From contig NW_005434464.1 of NCBI RefSeq assembly GCF_000315625.1, positions 1 to 64,000 of the forward strand: a stretch of DNA of 64,000 nt, read 5' to 3'. The notes under the pieces were generated by a model. It saw only the letters and a program-made list of their open reading frames with translations, was not told where the DNA came from and ran no database searches. The stretch's first letter is position 1, and the number at the start of each line of letters is the position of its first letter. The position numbers were made by a program, and so were the translations under genes. Below are positions 25,006 to 36,077 of the stretch, piece after piece. Source of the stretch: Guillardia theta CCMP2712. Its lineage: Eukaryota; Protista; Cryptophyta.

Positions 25006-28000
25006 ATGTCTTGTGACAATAGATATCAAAATTTATATCAGTATGTCGGCACTACTAATAACACAACTCTCACGCCTATTTTTAATAAAATAAATTCAAA
25101 TATCAATGTCTTGTATAGCAATGTAGATATCCTTAATCATCAGACATCCGAACTATTTCAGAAGACTAATGATCTAGAAATTATCACCATTGAAACAAGT
25201 AATAACTTGATAGAAACTAATGATTTACTACTTATTACTAGTAATAATTTAATTGAAACAAGCAATATATTATTTAACACATCAAATTTTGTTCTAGATC
25301 TGCAATCTCTTATCAAATATAATGCTGATACCAATGAAACCATTATAACAAACAACAATAAAAATATATTATATGTCAAATATCAGACTAACCCTAATAA
25401 ATATATCATTAAATTCACACTTGAAAACGGCTCGTTTATTACAATTCAACAGATTAAACAACAATTAGATGATTTAAACAACAATGCTGCCGCGCAAGAA
25501 ACCGCAAATGCTGCCCAATCCTTAGAAGATTTGGACGATACGGCTGAAAATGGTTTTAATTTATTCAATGGGTTGGGCGAAATTGTTAAGGGGGGTCTTG
25601 CAATTGGAACGGGCTTCATTGGGGGATTGATAGCGTCAGGAACAAGCACATCAAAAGCCGACGGTTTATTTATTCTCTCGTGGATTAATGTTTTAAGATT
25701 ATCATTAGGTGTTGTTATTTCTGTTCTTGAAGATGAGGTTATAAATACTAAATTACAAGGTAGAGTCATTAAAATATATTCTAGGAATCTCACAGATGGT
25801 CACAAGCTTGATTTAGTCCCTAATCAGGCATTTATATATGACGACACTTATAAAACGCTTGTTATTGATGGACAAGAACAAACAGTTTTAGACGAAAGAA
25901 ATATTGTTTTTCAAGGTGAAGAAGTTATAACATTAGGCAATGAATTAACACAAGATGAATTAAATGAATTTGTATTTGGTAGCAATTATGCACTGCAAAC
26001 ATTAAAGCAATATAAAACAATATTCAAAGGTAAAACTCTTTTTATTGATGATATTGTTGTCCCTAATATCTATGACAAAAATGAGATAGATGATATAATT
26101 GATAATACATCGAACATATTATATAATCACATATACGATGAGTCAAATGTACTATTTGATCATATATTGACTGAGTCCAATATACTATTCAACAAAATAT
26201 ATGAAGAATCAAATGTATTATATAATCACATAAGAACAAAACATACAGCTAGCACACTCATAAACGATATCAGCCCTAACTTTATAGGCAATCTTTATTT
26301 CAATGACAATCAAGAATGGGAAATATCAAGAGATTTTTACACAAAACAGCAGGGATTAGATACATTTCTATCATATCAAAATCTGGCAAGCTCAAACTTC
26401 CTAAAAACGGATGTCTATGCAAATTATCTCAATAGCTCTAATTTCCTAAAAACTGATGCCTACACAAATTTTATCAATAGCTCAAATTATGTCAATCAAA
26501 CCCAAATGGCAAATCAATTTGCTCTAATTGGCGAATCATTCACAACAAAAAAGCTTACTGTTACGGGTCCTGATAGTCTATATATAGCCGATATCTTCCT
26601 TAAATTACAGGGAAATCAATTGATACCACCAAATCTTATTAAAAATCAATTGAATGATACATACACAGTCACTTATGATAATTGGGACTTTTGGAGTGGT
26701 GGTTCTCCCTATGAAACAGTGCCAACATATCCAGCACAAGATAGGGAATGGGTAAGGTATTCTTTCGCTAATAGAACAACTGCCATCCCAGACAATTTTT
26801 ATATCGAATGTTTTGACATTAGTTTTACGAATAAATTCTCTATCTATTTTTATTATCAATTTATACCTAGTACAAATTTTATGAACCGCAAATATTACAG
26901 CGGCAAATACAATCTTTTCAATTACTATTTAGGTGGTTTAACGACCGAGAATATACCTAATAATAGAGGGTTTATTTGTTATCTAGATTATCAAATAACA
27001 CAAGATGGCTCGCTAAATATTACCAACATATCTCTTGATTTAGTGTTTGAGATATTTTATAAGAATAATAACAACGTTTTGAGCTATGAGAAGAAGACCA
27101 TAAATATAAATGATTTTGCTTATGTTTATCAAAATATTGGAGGTCCTGTTTTTAGTGTTCAAAATAGTCGCATCGCTGAACTAAATTTTTATTGCTTTGT
27201 TCTACGTGAAGATGGAACCATATTTTATACAATACGCAATCAATTTGAATTGAAGATTGAGGGGACAACGCAAATAACAAATTTTAAAGAGTTATATAAT
27301 GTCAATGATAATAATCATTTTAGAATAATAGACCACGAGCAAGGGCCAACAGGTCAAGAGGCTATAAATTATTCTAATAAACTTGATTTAATAGCAATAA
27401 GCAAATCTATATCTTGGACACTTGAGACCATAAATCTATTTTGGACTGAGAACAAGTATTCTGATGCTATCAATCAGATATTTAACAACGATTTATCGGC
27501 AAAGATTAGCGGTAAATTAGAGGTTGATTTTATAGATATTAAAAGGGGTAATCTTAGCGTTATAGATTTGAGCACGCAAACGGTTGTAGCTCAAAACATG
27601 TCTGTGCAAAATGTTGATATATCAACAGTTGCCACAAGCCTTATCACAAGTGGTGGAGTTGGTAGGAGGAGTTTATCTCTAGGAGGAACAACGGCAGTCA
27701 CAAAGGTGACTGATATATATGATGACCAAAATAGAACCGGAATTGTTAAGATAGCATATGATAATACAACACAACAAAACATATCAACAATAGAAAATTT
27801 TCAATTAAACTTTACAAATACAAAAGACGGGAATGTTTCAATTACATTAGATAATTATAATGATGTTAACATTGCCTTGCCTGATGGTATAGCAGGGCCA
27901 CAAGGCGCAACAGGACCGCAAGGAGCAACAGGACCGCAACTTGACTGAGGAGCAACAGGACCACAAGGCGCAACAGGACCGCAAGGAGCAACAGGACCGC

Positions 28001-29817
28001 AAGGAGCAACAGGACCACAAGGAGCAACAGGACCACAAGGAGCAACAGGACCACAAGGAGCAACAGGACCACAAGGCGCAACAGGACCACAAGGCGCAAC
28101 AGGGCCCCAAGGCGCAATAGGACCCCAAGGCGCAACAGGAGCACAAGGACCAGCAGGCACAAACTGCCCTGAGATTGTCTTTTTAGATAGTCAAAATAAT
28201 GAGCTTTTAAGATTTGGCGATTCAATCGTTTCAACTCAAAGCGTTATATTGCCTAGCACAGGCGTAGAATCATATAACTTTGACCCTGCGCAATTCATAG
28301 TCAATCAAACAAATGATGTGTCAATATATGACCACATTCAAATAGAGACATATAATCAAACAAATACAGCTTTATATTTAACGTTATCAAATAGAACTGT
28401 ATCAATTAATTTCCAAGATAAGTTCTATGATAATGTTATAATAAATACCGATGCTTATAATTTTCAATATTCTAGCAGTGGTACTAGTTATTTAAACCCT
28501 AGTATCGAATATACTGGTCCAATTCCTGATATAGCTTGGTACAAATTTGATGATTCTTTGGCTGATACTTTATCCCTAAAACCTGATGTACAAATAGCTT
28601 ATGGCGGTCATTCATTTGCGTCTCATACAGTAAAAACAAATAAAAAAAGTCTCTCTCTCGATACTATTAATATTGATGGGTTGGCATATACAAAATGGAA
28701 TAATGGATATGCTAATTATGGCAATGACCCTATTAATTCTGTTGGTGTAGCGATTAACATTTCTAATTCTTGGAATAATTCAGAGGACAGATTTGCTGTT
28801 GAATATATAGGATATTTTTATACAAATGATTTGTCTGGTGTGTTCACATTTTATACGAACAGTGATGATGAAAGCTATCTTTGGGTCACTGTAGGAGATA
28901 CAGAAACATTAGTCGTTAATAATGGTGGAACTCATGGCACACAAGAGCGGTCAGGAACTATCTTTTTAGAAAGAGCATATCAATATCATCGAATAAGAAT
29001 AAGATTCAGTGAAAACACTGGAGGGAGTTCATTGACTGTGTCTTTCTCACATCCATTCAAGACAAAGACAACTGTAGGTTTAGGTTTTTATTACAATGTT
29101 TTAAATACAATTGTAAAATTGCCATCAATAGATTATAATGGTTTTTTTACGTGTTCTTTTTGGTTGTATATCAAAAGCTATGATGCTTATAACGGTAATA
29201 CTATCATCGATTTAAACAGTGGTATAAATATAAATAGTGGTGGGGCTTATGGTATCAGAATATATATAATTTCAGGACAAATAGCCGTAGAAGTTAATTA
29301 TTCGACATCTGCTGTATCATATTTTTACTATAATTTAAATAGGTGGGACCATTACACAATAACAATTGGAGGCGCTGGTATCATTTTATATCAAAATGGA
29401 ATTCCTTTTCAAACAAATATACCAACATCATATTTACAAAGTATGACTTGGTATAAATCTTTACTTGGAAACATCTATCCATCAAAGGGTAATTTTCAAA
29501 GTTTGCAATCGTACTATCAAGATTTAAGATTTTTTAATAGAGAATTGACTCAGAATGAAGTAAGAGATATAATTGGATATAATGGTGTTGGTTCATTGAG
29601 CGTTAAAGAGACAATTCTTCCATATACTAATGCCGAGATTGAAAATAAGATTGATAACAAGATAGATAATATTGTTATTCCAACAGGTTATTCAGATATA
29701 AACACAGCAGCCTACCTTGATTCTATAAACAATGCTTTGATAAGTGACATTCCGACATCATTTGATTATGATACTCAAATAACTGGAAAGCCTGATTTAT
29801 TTGTCGGAAGATACTGA
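25006..29817 (+). pseudogene. About 1600-aa virion fibre-like protein (TSN repeats, collagen GXY, PA14 nested in LamG/ConA), interrupted by one in-frame stop
   Basis: ORFs 25006..27948 and 28249..29817 are in the same frame and joined by open (GPQGAT)n codons. PA14: FAVEYIGYF...[11 protein letters not shown]...NNGGTHG...SENTGG. LamG: AWYKFD...FTCSFW...LYQNG...DLRFFNREL. Confidence 0.8.
27892..28158 (+). repeat. 18-bp collagen-coding minisatellite (GGACCRCAAGGMGCAACA)n
   Basis: Tandem 18-mers encoding GPQGAT. Confidence 0.95.
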
Positions 29818-29852
29818 CATTCAATACTATTGAATGTCAGTATCTTCCGACA
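29802..29852. repeat. Perfect 51-bp palindrome (25-bp arms, 1-nt centre)
   Basis: tgtcggaagatactgacattcaata-c-tattgaatgtcagtatcttccgaca. Confidence 0.97.
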
Positions 29853-30039
29853 CTGTGCAACTTCCATGTTGGCAGTGACACTCGGACGGCGCCGCGGGCG
29901 TGACTCATGATCGGACGCCGCCGGCGCCGGGCCTCGGAAGGGTGGCCTGAGCCACCAGATACCGTACGCCGATATCGCTCATCATCTCACCCCATCCTCG
30001 TCCTGGCACGTCTCCGTTGACTGACGCTTTTGTAACGGG

Positions 30040-31640
30040 GTAGTCAGTTGATACCTTTGCTCTGTCTCTTGCGCATCATTTTTTTGCGGACAGTCCTTTT
30101 GAGAGACTCCCGAAACAACTTTTTACAAGAGTTTTTCTTGCTTTGTTTGCGTGCGCATGTTTTGTTTGTTTTGCTGCACTGGGCCGTGCCAGACGCGGGA
30201 GGAAAGTGGGGTATGAGGGCATTCCGAGAGATTCGGATTTAAACAATCATTCGTAGCAGTGCCACGAAGAACTGAAAGCTCTTCTAGCAGATACCTTTCA
30301 CAATCCTGTCTCAAGCAGCACCTCTGCTTAGTTTGCCGCAGCCTTGTCTCGTCGCGTTTGACCTTCCTGGCAGTTTCAACAGATGTTCCGAGTTCTCAGT
30401 ACGGGCTTGAAGGATCACAGAGACCTGCCGAGCGTGACAGAGAATAAAACTCATCATTCGGAGTCATCTTTCCATGTAGTGACTTCAGCAGCCGTGCGGT
30501 ATTCTCAAGCCCAAATATCGAGCAGGTTCGCAAACACTGTAGCGACCAGACCTGAAGCAGTGGTCGTAGTGCGTACGTGGAGGTTTTCTTCTTCGAGTCA
30601 GCAGCTTTGCCAGTATATCCCCTTCTCCGCCGAGCCACCTGAGACAGCAAGAAGTTGACTGCTTCCGAATCCTCACTTGAAACCTCCAAGTCGTGAAGCT
30701 GCAGTGACACCCCGTCAGCTCATTGTATAGCCGTGCTACTCGTCCGTGGTCGCTTTCACATCGGGTCTTTCAGCTTTGATTGCATCCTTTCGACGCACTC
30801 GGCTGGCATGCTGACTAAGACGAAGAGCGTTCGCTAATCTGCCATCAGCGTAAGAGACGAGGAGGAATCGGACGATTTCATACTCAGCTTTCTGTATCGC
30901 TCTCTCCGCTTTATCCATAATCTGATTGCTGTAACTTGTATCAGCAATGTCTTATCAGATCCATTTCACTCCCACACTCACGGAGTCTCTTTTGCTGTGT
31001 GCTGCCGCATAGCTCGGATCCACATGTTTGCATCCCCACTGCTCTTTGCCTGCTATGCAGTCATTGGTCTACCTTCACATCCTTCGAGAATGACCTGCAT
31101 GATATAATGCCGTCCAGAAGCTGTTCGCACTTGGAAAGAACTACAACAAGTATCATGAGCAGTGCAGGACAACAGGGAGCATGTGGTTGTTACTTCGATT
31201 GTTCTGTGTTCCTCCATCTCGCACCATCCGACACCACCTGCGAGCAACGTCATCTGCAGCCTCGCGAGCGCCACCATACAGCTTCCTCCAGGTGGATCGA
31301 CTGGCCGGGCTTGGGGGAATCAGGGGACTCAAAGAGCCACAATCTGTCCTCCTTCAGGACGCACCATCTCCTCATGCCGGACCCGTCAGGCATCTCCCGC
31401 ACAAGCAAGTATCCTCGAGACTGTCCAAGACCGACCTGAAGACACCACGGCATGTCAGGAGAGATCAGGTCCTTCCTTTATGCTTCCATGCTGCTCAACT
31501 CGGACAAAAGCTCGTCAGTACCTGAGTCAGAGTGAGCGCCGGACCAGCATCATTGTGATGCCGCTTCAGAAGCTCTCTGGACTCTCCTCCCGATCCGAAG
31601 AGTTGCATGCTTGCCAGAACTACAGCGGGACCTTGAGACC
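30040..31640 (-). CDS. PH-domain and coiled-coil protein (multi-exon)
   Basis: RGYLLVREMPDGSGMRRWCVLKEDRLWLFES is PH-like, followed by helical exons. Limits are uncertain. Confidence 0.5.
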
Positions 31641-32056
31641 TGTGTGGACTAGGAGTGACCATGACGCAGGGACGCAAGTGTAAATGCAAAGGAATAGAAT
31701 CTCCAACCAAAGAGAAGAACAAGGAAGAGAACAGATGCGAAGCCATCAATGAATCCGCTTGTTACTGGTAGCCTCGTTTTCCTCCCTCCCCCTACCCCCC
31801 CTCCCTCGCCCTCGCCCTCGCCTTCCCTTCCTCTCAATGCATGATGTGCTTTGTTCGCTAGAAACAGATTTAAATGTATTTAGAATTAAAACTACTTGTA
31901 GCTATGAGGTACACCATATCCTCAGATTTGGTACTATAATATAACTATATACAACTGAGCTCTCTAATGCTAAAATGTCGGTTCAATTTTAAATCATAGT
32001 ATGAGTACCGGCTCTCCTCTAGTCCCCAAGTGGAGGATCTGCATGGCGCCCAATCA

Positions 32057-33570
32057 ATGCGCGTGCGTGAGGTCCTGACACTGTCGCTGTGCTGCTGGAC
32101 TTGTCTTGATCTAGCTTCCTCCTTCTCCCCTGTCATGTCTGTGCAGCCAGACTTTCCCTCTCCTTCCTCGTCTCAGAAGGTCGTCATATGCGGAGCCGGT
32201 GTCGTCGGCTCCTCCGTCGCCTACTTTCTTTCCAAACGAGGTGTCCCTGCCGCCATTGTCGACCGAGCTGGGCATGCATCGACTTGATGTCTTGGCGAAC
32301 TGACTTGCAAGCAGGGTTGCGCCGGCAGCAAGTGGCAAGGCCGGAGGCTTTCTTGCAAAGGATTGGAACGATGGGACTCCAATCGGTCCCCTTGCTTCTT
32401 TGAGCTTCAGCTTGCACGAAGAGCTTGCGCAGACGCTTGGGCTGGACAGCTACCGACGTCTCAGCTGCCATCAAGTGGCTGTGAGTGGACCATCTGGCTC
32501 AGAGCCCAAGAGAGTGGACGGCGTTGAATGGGTCGATATTGGAGTGCAGGGGCATGCAGTGATGGGGACGGAGAAGACCATCGCGCAAGTTCACCCGAAG
32601 CAGCTGACAGAGGCTTTGATGAAGTCGGCTCTGGATCATGGGTGCTCGTTTCACGTTGGAGTTGTACAAGAGATCAAGACGGAACTCCGCGGTGACTCGA
32701 AACATGTTGCAGGAGTCATTGTCGACTCTCAGTTTGTCCCTTGCGAGAAAGTTGTTATTGCGATGGGGCCCTGGAGCTCGCAGTGCACGCAGGGATTGAA
32801 GTTACCGCCTATGCTTGGCCAGAAATATCACAGCGTATTGATGCAGGTCCTTGAGCTCGACTCGTACAGCCGCCTGTTGACTGCTTCCCACCAGAATGAA
32901 CGAGAGCTTTCGCAAGCGATTTTTTTTCATGGTCTTGGTGACCCTGAAGTGTACCCGAGGCCCAAGGGGGAGGTGGGATGCTTTTGAATGGTCAGCTTGA
33001 TGGGTCTAAAGTCTTCCCTCAAGGTCTATGTCACTGGGTTCCCAGATACTCCAGTGGCTGTCGAGGACCTTCCTGGGCAGGAAGTGGTACGCCCGGACGT
33101 TGTAAACAGACTGACAGAGACGATGAAACTTGTGCACAAATAGAACTGATGATTACTCAGGAGTTACATGCTTTCAGGTCTCGACCGAACTCGGCCGGGC
33201 TGAAGTGACGAGGTATCAAGCTTGCTATCTCCCGGTTACTTGGCTTGTCCGATCATGGTTGCATCTGATCTTGGCCTTGCGATCAGATATCAGTTGACGG
33301 TTTGCCACTGATCGGAAAGCTTGAAGAGGTGGAGGGAGTTTACATAGCAACAGGGCACGGGTGGGTGGTGCAAGTTTGTTGGGTGACTATGGGGTTGACA
33401 TAGTGCACAGGTGCTGGGGGATCCTCAACGGCCCAGCTACAGGCCTTGTGATGAGCGAGCTGATCGTCGACGGCGTAGCCAAGTCCGTTGACATCAGCCC
33501 ATTCGACCCCAACCGCTTCAAAGTCTTCGATGACATGCATAGAGTTGGTTCGTCGGCTGATAGCTGTTAA
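32057..33570 (+). CDS. FAD-dependent oxidoreductase (DAO/TDA3-like) with a probable bipartite plastid presequence
   Basis: VVICGAGVVG, AASGKAGGFLA, AQVHPK, VIAMGPWS, ATGH.CWGILNGPATG; signal peptide ending ...LASS-F. Confidence 0.88.
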
Positions 33571-33821
33571 GACCCTGTACACGTTCTAGAGGGCAACAAA
33601 GAGGTACCGCTGCCTTGTATCATGACAGATAGAATCAAATTGTGTTGAGAGTGAGCACTGCGCATTACCGCTGTGTAGGATGTTCATTATCAATTTGTAT
33701 GTTCATTTTCAGGATGATAACGATCATTTTCAGGACTAGAACCTTACTTCGTTCAGAAAAGATATTTTGGAATACCCCCTATGCATATCTCCTTTGTCGC
33801 AATAAAAAGAGATCTCAATAA

Positions 33822-34532
33822 TCAAGCTAACACAGCTTTTCCTCCAGCATCCCCGATTTGTTTGATGAATTTTTCTCCATCAGCCTTGGTGACCTTGGCC
33901 AAAAGAACTGAAGGAACCTTCTCGACCATGTCTTTGCTTTCCTTAAGCCCCAGTCCTGTGATGGCACGGATCTCCTTAATCACCTTCAGCTTATCCGCAG
34001 CATTGAAAGATTCAAGTTTGAGCTCGAAATCAGTCTTTTCCTGCGCTGGAGCCGCTGCTGCTGCTGGGGCAGCTGCAGGTGCAGGTGCAGCTGCTGGAGC
34101 TGCACCCATTGGGTAGCCAGCGCCAGGCATACCCATGCCCATCATGCCATCTGGAACTCCAAGCTCCTTCTTCAAAATATCCATGAGATCCTTGCTTTCA
34201 AGCATGTTGAGAGAGAGGATTTGCTTTGCCAAGTCCACAATCTGAAGGATACATTTAGACGAACCAAACTAGCAACAGATAAATCACCTTCTGTGGAGGT
34301 TCCTTGTCGAGGGTAGCCATCAGATCGGGCATCTTCTTCTCAGAATCATCGAAAGAGGGCCTAGTACTGTGGATGGAGCGCCTGGTGGCAGAAGAAAAAG
34401 CAGCTCTGGTGCAAGAAAGCGTCGTCAACAAGGAGACCACAAAGATTCCCCAAAAAACACCAACCTTCTTTCTACATGCGACAAGCAGGCAGAAGCGCCG
34501 CGCAAGAGATGCCTTGCTCGTCCACCAAACAT
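33822..34532 (-). CDS. MRPL12: Mitochondrial ribosomal protein L7/L12
   Basis: ILSLNMLE, Ala/Pro hinge, EKTDFELKL, KLKVIKEIRAITGLGLKESKDMVEKVP; Arg-rich presequence MFGGRARHLLRGAS. Confidence 0.92.
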
Positions 34533-36077
34533 ACTATTAATTTCCTGCGCAGGATATGTTAGAAGAGCCTTCACTGATTAAAGACAGCAGGTATTGGAAG
34601 TGTATGCAACGACAACGTTATAAAGATCAGTTCACACTCTATTACGAGATGATAGACATATCTTGCTTGCAAGCATCAAACCGGGAGAGATTCTTTGGCT
34701 GAACGAAATAGTACTGTCTTAACTTTGTCGTCTACTATTTTCAGAAGACAAGAGAAAGTGAGCAAGCCAGAAGGGATCACAATCAACAGAGTGAACCTCA
34801 GAAACCATATCAAAATAATCAAGATCCTAGCAGGGGTACTTCAGGGAGCATCAGCATGCTCACAATGATACTGTTTCAGGACATGCGCACGAGAGTTGCG
34901 GATATTCAACTTGAGAAATCGAATAGTCAAGAAAGCAGTGGACAAGCACGGGAAACAGAGACAAGAAGAAAACTGAGCGTTATCTTCATGACGTCACTGG
35001 GGGCCATGCTCGCATAATCTAGGAGGAGAACGAGGAGAGTGGAAAAATCGTGCATGCCTGCAGCCGACGAGGACGCAGCGGCAGGCGCGTGAGGGCAACA
35101 GGTGAATGCCCTCGGCGGAAAACGTCATTGAATATATATTTTTCAATACTTGATGCAAATCTTTGGATAGTATTTGAAATTTAAAAACAAATAAATAGAA
35201 AACTGCCAAATATATTCAGAGCCATAGATCTTGCGAACTTTGTGGATTTCGGGGTACCTCTCCCCTCGAACACTCTTCTGAAACAGTATTGAATATAGAG
35301 AAGGTATTATGTTAATCTATATATCATGGTACAGTTTCATGGGTGTCTTATCACCCCCGTAGAACGTAAGCCGACAACCCACCCCACCTTTTTGAGCGCA
35401 TGCTCACGTCACCCACCGGTACTAACATCAGGATATCGTGCAGGTCAGGTGGGTGGGTGCTCAACCCCTATCTTGTATAACCCCGAATGGAAAAGGTATT
35501 TAGACCGGTACAGCATAGATCCAGATTCGTCCCATCTAATTTTCAAATTTGGTCATAATTTTTGAATGTCTCTCTATCAAATTTACGGCTTGAGATCTGT
35601 TTTGAAAAATCCCCGTCATAACCGTCACCGTTACGGGAGAAGGGGCGCAAGAGTCATTGTAACGGTTGAAATAAAAACATGTCTCAAACCTTCGAGCCTG
35701 CCTCGGGGCTTCCCCGAGTTCACTGAAGATCTGAGGCGAACCCGGAGGATCTTTCCACGACACCAATCGCCCCATGGCAGGAGGAGCCGCGCATTGCTTT
35801 GCAGATAGAGAGAATGAGAAGAGGGTGGAAGAAGGTAGGAGGGTGAAGCAATGATTTTATACAAAGATGAGGACAAGGACAAGAGCATGATGAGGGAGAA
35901 GGTCACAGTACTATCAGTACCATCAAGGATAGGACATTCGAGTCTCCGTGCTACAAATGATGTAGAAAGATATGATCCCCATGTTTTTTTCATCTACGAT
36001 GCCTGCGATCGGAAGATATTTTTCTGCAAATTTTTTTACCTTTCATGTTTTCTGACTGGTATTGTTGCAGAGATAAG

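Larger units (their letters stand above)
24165..29852 (+). mobile_element. AT-rich endogenous virus-like fragment (Polinton-like virus, virophage or giant-virus origin)
   Basis: Abrupt AT-rich composition, no introns, Asn/Ile/Tyr-rich fibre-like ORF. No capsid, ATPase or polymerase hallmark gene is visible. Confidence 0.7.

Noticed and set aside
27847-28234. Cys-rich or Leu-rich minus-strand ORFs
   Set aside because: Antisense shadows of the collagen minisatellite
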